A stretch of 10,578 nt of DNA, taken from the NCBI GenBank assembly GCA_964013405.1, contig CAXGWI010000125.1, positions 1 through 10,578 on the forward strand. The letters run 5' to 3'. The DNA is from an uncultured Myxococcales bacterium (lineage in GTDB: Bacteria; Myxococcota; UBA4151). Below the pieces are notes generated by a model. It was not told the origin of the DNA, made no database searches, and was given only the letters and a program-made list of their open reading frames with translations. Below, piece after piece: positions 1-5,700 of this stretch. The first letter of the stretch is position 1. Each line of letters starts with the position of its first letter. Made by a program: the position numbers and the translations under genes.

Positions 1-82
1 CCAGGGCGCCCGGTAGATCGAAGGCGAGGCTACAACCACTGCCGAGCAAGATCATGAGGCTGAGTTGAGTGATCCGTTGCAT
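1..82 (-). CDS. Partial CDS (5' end; continues past the left edge): predicted lipoprotein, N-terminus MQRITQLSLMILLGSGC-SLAFDLPGAL...
   Basis: Manual translation of the reverse complement from ATG at 82-80 is open to the window edge. It has a basic residue, a hydrophobic core and a lipobox-like LGSG|C (Cys17 at 34-32). An in-frame TAG 4 codons upstream fixes the furthest start. Not in the ORF track because it is truncated. Confidence 0.7.
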   Translation of the reverse strand, partial: MQRITQLSLMILLGSGCSLAFDLPGAL

Positions 83-88
83 GGCCCC

Positions 89-122
89 AACCTAGAGGGT
101 CTTTACGCTTGGGAAAAGACCC
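89..122 (-). promoter_or_regulatory. Putative -10 hexamer (TAGGTT, 94-89) 6 nt upstream of ATG82 (leaderless-type arrangement), with an adjacent 8-bp inverted repeat GGGTCTTT-N10-AAAGACCC (97-122)
   Basis: Minus strand reads ...GGGTCTTTTCCCAAGCGTAAAGACCCTCTAGGTTGGGGCC-ATG. TANNNT sits at leaderless spacing, there is no clear SD, and the inverted repeat is read directly. Function is inferred. Confidence 0.3.
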
Positions 123-192
123 GCGACCCGGGGGGCTTTAACCCGGGCTTAGCCCTTGTCTTTGGGCCTCAGGTTTCCAGCCCCGCTCGCGA

Positions 193-2646
193 CTATGGCT
201 TGGCCTCGAAGGGGCCCAGCCACACCCGGGTTTTGGATTCGGTGTGGGGAAGGGGTCCTCCTTGGGGGGGCAGTCGCTCGTTGCCGGCGTAGAAGCCCAG
301 GGCAAAGCGGGCTGGCGCCTTGGGCATGGCCCCAAGGCTGCCGAGATCCACCGGATTGTGGAGCAAGCGACCGGGAGGCCACTGGTTGCTGGGTAAATTG
401 CCCTTCGCGAGGTGGTGATCCAGATTGCTTTTGCGTCCACCCATGTCGAGGACCAGGGCGAGCTTCCAGCGCCGCTTTAAGGGGCGTAGCGCCCGCAGGT
501 AGAGGCTGAGTCGAAACTGGGGCAGACGCTCCCGGGCGACCCGCTCGGACCAAAAGCGATAGCCCACCAATTCGATACGGTCACCGAAGCGCTGGGGAGG
601 GTTCAACCGAGTCGAGCCCACAGGAGGCTCGGCCACCACAGCCCGGCTGAGCAATTGGGCCCGCCGACGGGCTGGCCCTTGATCGACGAGGCGGGCCAAC
701 TGGCGGCGAAGGCGCCCATCGAGGGCTGGGGTCTGGCCCCACAGGTTTGTCCCTTGGTCCTGGTCTTTGGTGCTGTAGAGTTCCAGGCGCCCCGTGAGGA
801 GGGCATAGATCAGGGTGTGGTCTTTTGTGCCGAGCAGCACTTGGGGCAGGTTGAGGTCCTGTTCGGCAAAGGCCACCCGTCCCGGGAACTCAAGACCATC
901 GAGGGCAACGGGACTGAGGTCCTTGCCATAGACGGTGACAGGCACGGCGAGCCCGGAGAGCCCACAAAGTGTGGCTGCGATGTCGAGGGTCGAGGCCAGG
1001 GTCTCGCTGCGCCGAGCTTCGAGCCCCGGACCCCGCAGCACGAAGGGGACCCGCATCGCTGGATCGTAGAGATCCTGTCCGTGTTTATGATGACCGTGCT
1101 CGCCGAAGGACTCGCCGTGGTCTGCGCTCAAAAGCACCAGAGCCTGCTCGGGACCACTCAGTCGCTCTAAAAAAGGGGCGAGGAAGCGGTCCATTTGCGC
1201 CAGCGTGCTGTCGTAGCGGTCGACGTCGGCCCGGCCAAATCCAAACTCGGGATAATGGTCATAGGGCGCGTGGGGGTCGAAGAGATGCAGCCAAAGGAAG
1301 CGTTTGCCCTTGGGGTGTTCGCTGAGCCAGGCCTCGGCCCGTGTGACGGTCTGTTGGGCCGTATCGACATATTGCCGGGTCAACTCGACAAAATGGTCGA
1401 AGCCCCGTCGGTAGCCGTAGCCCTTCGCCGTGTTGAGGGCCGTGACGAAGCCCGCTGTCTCGAAGCCGGCTTCCTGAAATCGTTCGGCCAGCGTGGGGAT
1501 CTGCGGTGGAATACGAAAGATTTCGTCCGGTAGCGAACTGCGCAGTTCACTGACAGAGCGGCCGGTGAGCATGCCGGGGATGGCAGCGGTGGTGTAGGGG
1601 GCCGAACTAAGGGCCCGTTCGAAGACGAGCCCTTCTTTCGCCCAGGCATCGATGCCGGGGGTGGTGAGACGCCGGTAACCGTAAAGGCCCATGTGATCGG
1701 CCCTCAGGGTGTCGACGGTCACGAGCACCACCAACTCGCTGACGGGGCTGGCGCGTTTCGAGGGGCGGGTCGGGGCTGAGGCCTGGCCCGTATCCAGCGT
1801 GAGATCGCCACCGAAGCAGTCCTGGTCCACGCCATCATCGGGAATCTCGACGGCCCCTGGATAGACGCCGGGATCCTCCGGGTCGCAGTCGAGGCCGCCC
1901 AACAAGTGGCCCACACCATCGCCGTCACTGTCGAGGGATTTGGCCAGCGGTGGGATCAGCCGACAACCCAGGCATCGCTGACCCCATGTGAGCGCTTGGC
2001 TGCCGGGGATCATGGTCGTGGGAAAGAGCAGGAGGGCCGCAAGTGGAGGGACGGCCCAGGCGAGCCATCGGCCCGTCGGTTTCTGTCGGTTTTGGCAGGA
2101 CAGGGCGAGCAGGAGGTGAAGAGCCCCAGCCAAAGGTAGCCAGGGGTCGATCTCGCGAAACAGGAGGTCCCGTCGCCACCAGAGCCAGCCATAGAGGAGG
2201 GTGAAAAAGCCGCCGAGCCCGAGCAGCAGGGGGGTGGGCCTGGGCAACTTCCCCGCCGGCAGCCAGTCCAGGAGACGGCGCAGGGCCAGCCAGACCAGCA
2301 TGAGTCCACCGAGGGCTGTCAGGCTTTGGAAGAGCCCGGTGTAGAGGGGGGTGGCAAAGCGAGCCTGGAGCCCGAGGATCACTTGACTGACCACGGCGGC
2401 GCCCAGTGGCAGCACGAGGATGGTTTCCAGCAGACCACGGCTCGACCACGTTTGGGGGTTCAGCCACTGGGGGCGGGGGCCAAAGAGGGCGAAGAGACTG
2501 CCGCTCAACAGCCCTTGCAGGCAGAGGTGGACGGCCAGTATCGCTGGCAGACCGGCCCAACCGCCGCCACGGAGTGCCCCGAGCGTGCCGTCGATGAAGC
2601 CCAGCGTCAGTGCGAGGACGATCTGGCCTGTGGCCCCTAAACCCAA
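193..2646 (-). CDS. Membrane-anchored sulfatase-like hydrolase/transferase (alkaline phosphatase superfamily): ~7 N-terminal TM segments, MopE-like putative metal-binding motif, sulfatase-like domain, C-terminal beta-sandwich-like domain
   Basis: 817-aa ORF with TTG start and SD-like GGGGGAG (2661-2655). Hydrophobic segments in aa 1-215. DSDGDG...DCDPEDPGVYPGAVEIPDDGVDQDC motif (1932-1804) resembles PF11617. Sulfatase-family motifs: VVLVTVDTLRADH, SSAPYTTAAIPGMLTG, GFDHF, WLHLFDPHAPY, YDSTLAQMDRFL, SADHGESFGEHG..HG, LYDPAMRVPFVLRGPG, STLDIAATL. Confidence 0.9.
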   Translation of the reverse strand: MGLGATGQIVLALTLGFIDGTLGALRGGGWAGLPAILAVHLCLQGLLSGSLFALFGPRPQWLNPQTWSSRGLLETILVLPLGAAVVSQVILGLQARFATPLYTGLFQSLTALGGLMLVWLALRRLLDWLPAGKLPRPTPLLLGLGGFFTLLYGWLWWRRDLLFREIDPWLPLAGALHLLLALSCQNRQKPTGRWLAWAVPPLAALLLFPTTMIPGSQALTWGQRCLGCRLIPPLAKSLDSDGDGVGHLLGGLDCDPEDPGVYPGAVEIPDDGVDQDCFGGDLTLDTGQASAPTRPSKRASPVSELVVLVTVDTLRADHMGLYGYRRLTTPGIDAWAKEGLVFERALSSAPYTTAAIPGMLTGRSVSELRSSLPDEIFRIPPQIPTLAERFQEAGFETAGFVTALNTAKGYGYRRGFDHFVELTRQYVDTAQQTVTRAEAWLSEHPKGKRFLWLHLFDPHAPYDHYPEFGFGRADVDRYDSTLAQMDRFLAPFLERLSGPEQALVLLSADHGESFGEHGHHKHGQDLYDPAMRVPFVLRGPGLEARRSETLASTLDIAATLCGLSGLAVPVTVYGKDLSPVALDGLEFPGRVAFAEQDLNLPQVLLGTKDHTLIYALLTGRLELYSTKDQDQGTNLWGQTPALDGRLRRQLARLVDQGPARRRAQLLSRAVVAEPPVGSTRLNPPQRFGDRIELVGYRFWSERVARERLPQFRLSLYLRALRPLKRRWKLALVLDMGGRKSNLDHHLAKGNLPSNQWPPGRLLHNPVDLGSLGAMPKAPARFALGFYAGNERLPPQGGPLPHTESKTRVWLGPFEAKP

Positions 2647-2688
2647 GGTGAGCGCTCCCCCTTTGCCCCACGATGAATCGAAGTATTT

Positions 2689-2704
2689 AGCAAGGCCTTG
2701 TCCC
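2689..2704 (-). promoter_or_regulatory. Possible sigma-54 (-24/-12) promoter for the sulfatase-like gene, containing the perfect palindrome CAAGGCCTTG (2691-2700)
   Basis: Minus strand GGGACAAGGCCTTGCT has GG-N10-GC spacing with a TTGCT -12 box (consensus TGGCACG-N4-TTGCW). The -24 half matches only at GG. The implied TSS (~2678) lies just upstream of the SD and TTG2646. Confidence 0.3.
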
Positions 2705-2736
2705 CCGTAGGTCCCTGATCTATCACGTCACTTACG

Positions 2737-5700
2737 ATGGATTTGTGCAGAAAATCGGCTGCGGCAGCCCTCTTGAGTTTGGCCCTCGCCTTCCCGGCCG
2801 GTTGTGGCCTCGTCTACGATGGCGCACCACCACCCGTGCAGGTCAACACCGATGGGGGCAGTCCAGCGCTCGACGGTGGCCCCGGGCCCGTCGATGGCGG
2901 TGCTGTGGGGCGGGACGCAGGTGGGCCCGACGGTGGTTCGGGAGGCTGCGGTGACGGCGTCGTTCAGGGGGACGAAGCCTGCGACGATGGCAACCAGCTC
3001 GAGGACGATGGTTGTCGCAACGACTGTCGGCCCGCAGCCTGTGGCGATGGCATTCGTCGCACCGATCTTCAAGATCCCGCGGCCGAGGGCTATGAGGCCT
3101 GTGACGATGGCAACGGGAACAACGGAGATGCCTGTACCGTCGAGTGCCTGGAGGCCCGTTGCGGCGATGGTCATCTTCGGGTTGGGGTCGAAGCCTGCGA
3201 TGATGGCAATGATGTCGACGATGACGGTTGTAGTAATGCCTGTGCTGAGGCCCGCTGCGGTGATGGGATCGTCCAGGCGGACGAAGGTTGTGATGATGGC
3301 AATCGGGACGAACTAGACGCCTGCCTCAATCATTGCCAGCCGGCCCGCTGTGGTGATGGGCTGCCGCGACAAGACCGGGCCGTGGGTGAAGCCGGTGCGG
3401 AGGCCTGTGATGACGGCAACGACAACAATAACGATGCCTGCCTCGATGACTGCCAACTGGCCCGCTGCGGTGATGGTGAGGTGCAGGAGGGTGTCGAGGC
3501 CTGCGATGATGGGAATCAGGACGACCTGGATGCCTGTGGTAACGATTGCAGGCTCGCTGCTTGCGGCGATGGTCGGGTGCAAGCCGGGGAAGCCTGTGAC
3601 GATGGCAACGACGTTGAGACCGACGGCTGTCGGGCCAACTGTCAGGCCGCCCGCTGTGGCGATGGCGTGCGGCGGGTCGATATCGGCCCGGGCCAAGCCG
3701 GTCACGAAGCCTGCGACGACGGTAACGACGTCCAAACCGATAGCTGCCTGAACAACTGCGAAGCCGCCCGCTGTGGCGATGGTCATCGTGGTCCGGGTGA
3801 GGGCTGCGATGATGGCAACGATGTGGATGATGACGACTGCAGCAACCAGTGTCAGGCCCTCAGTTGTGGCGATGGTAACGTCCAGGCCGGCGAAGCCTGC
3901 GACGACGGCAATCAAGTCGAGGAGGATGGTTGCACGAACAATTGTGCCTTAGCGAGCTGTGGTGACGGTTTTGTGCGCGGCGACGTGAATCCCGGTGAAG
4001 CCGGTTTCGAGGCCTGCGACGATGGCAACGGCATCGACCAGGATGCCTGCACCAACGCTTGCGCAAACGCTCGCTGTGGCGATGGGCTTGTCTGGGATGG
4101 CGAAGAAGCTTGCGACGATGGGAACCGCATCCACGACGACGGGTGTTCTAATGATTGCGAAGGGGCCCGTTGCGGCGATCAGATCGTCCAGGCTGGCGAA
4201 GCCTGCGACGACGGCGACCAGGACGACCAAGACGCCTGTCTGCGCAACTGCCTCGCCGCTCGTTGTGGCGATGGGGTTCGCCGCCTCGGGGAGGTCGAAG
4301 AGGCCTGTGATGATGGCAACAGGGTGGATGGGGATGCCTGCACCAACGCCTGTACGGTGGCAGTCTGCGGTGATGGGATCGTCCGCGTGGGTGAGGAGGC
4401 CTGCGACGACGGTAACCAGGTGAACGATGACGATTGTAGCAATAACTGTGCACTGCCGGGCTGCGGCGACGGTGTGGTGCAAGCGGGCGAGGTCTGTGAC
4501 GACGGCAACGCCGAGGATGCCGATGGCTGTCTCGGCGATTGCGGGGCTGTGGCCCGCTGCGGTGATGGCGTCCGCCGACTGGACTTGCAAGACGGCGAAG
4601 CCGGCTTTGAGGGCTGCGATGATGGCAATCAGAGCGACAGCGATGCCTGTCTGAACAGTTGCCGAGAAGCCGTCTGCGGCGATGGTATTCGACGGGATGA
4701 TCTGGGCGAGGGGGAGGCCGGCTTTGAGGCCTGTGACGACGGCAATGGCGTCGCCGCGGACAGTTGTCTCAACGATTGCCGTACGGCCCGCTGTGGTGAT
4801 GGGGTGCGCCGGCTCGATCTCGAAGACTGGCAGCAAGGCTATGAAGCCTGCGACGACGGCAACGTCGTGGATGATGATGCCTGTCCCAATGACTGTCAGC
4901 TCGACGAGCCCGACCCGGTGGGCGAACCGAGCTTCGATTGCCCGGCAGAAGCCCTCTTCAACACGCAAAATCCCTGGTACTTAGCCGCCGAAGGCACCGT
5001 CGTGTGGGTGGCGCCGGGGGGCAATGGCAATGGCGCGAGCCAAGCAAGCCCCGCTGGCAGTCCAGCCATTGCCCTTGCCGGTTTGGCCGCCGATGGCGGT
5101 GGGACCCTGATGTTGGCCCGGGGCAACCATCAATTGCAGGCCAGCATCGGTGCTGCCGACATCACCATCGTGGGAGCCTGTGCCGACGAAACCCGTGTCT
5201 CTGGCGGGACCGGGACGGTTGTGACGGCCACTGGCGGGACGCTACGCATCAGTGGGGTCGACCTGAGCAGTGACATCGCCGCACCGGGCGATGGGGAGAC
5301 CCGCGCAGCCGTGGTCTCCGCAACCGGCGGGCATCTGGTGATGCGTCATGTGGTGATGAGCTCCGGTGGCGCCGGTCACGGCACCATCGTCGATTCAGGT
5401 CGCTTGACTCTGCAAGACAGCGAGCTTGGCGAACTCGGCGGCGACGGCGTTTTTGGACGTGATGCCCTTGGCAGTTGGACCGTCCAAGACAACACCTTCT
5501 TGGGGCCCATTGGGCTCGACGGTATCAGCATCATCGACTTCGGGGGCTCAGGCTTTCGGGTACAGGCCAATTCCTTTCGGTCCATCGACGGGCATGGCGT
5601 TCATACCACGGAGGCGTTGGGTAGTTGGACCGTCCAAGACAACACCTTCTTGGGGCCCATCGGTCTCGACGGCATCAGCATTATTGATTTTGGCGGCTCG

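Noticed and set aside
65..2710. Short alternative ORFs overlapping the sulfatase-like gene (e.g. 655-1170 +, 1925-2671 -)
   Set aside because: They are off-frame or antisense products typical of high-GC DNA, with no recognisable motifs, and overlap a well-supported CDS.
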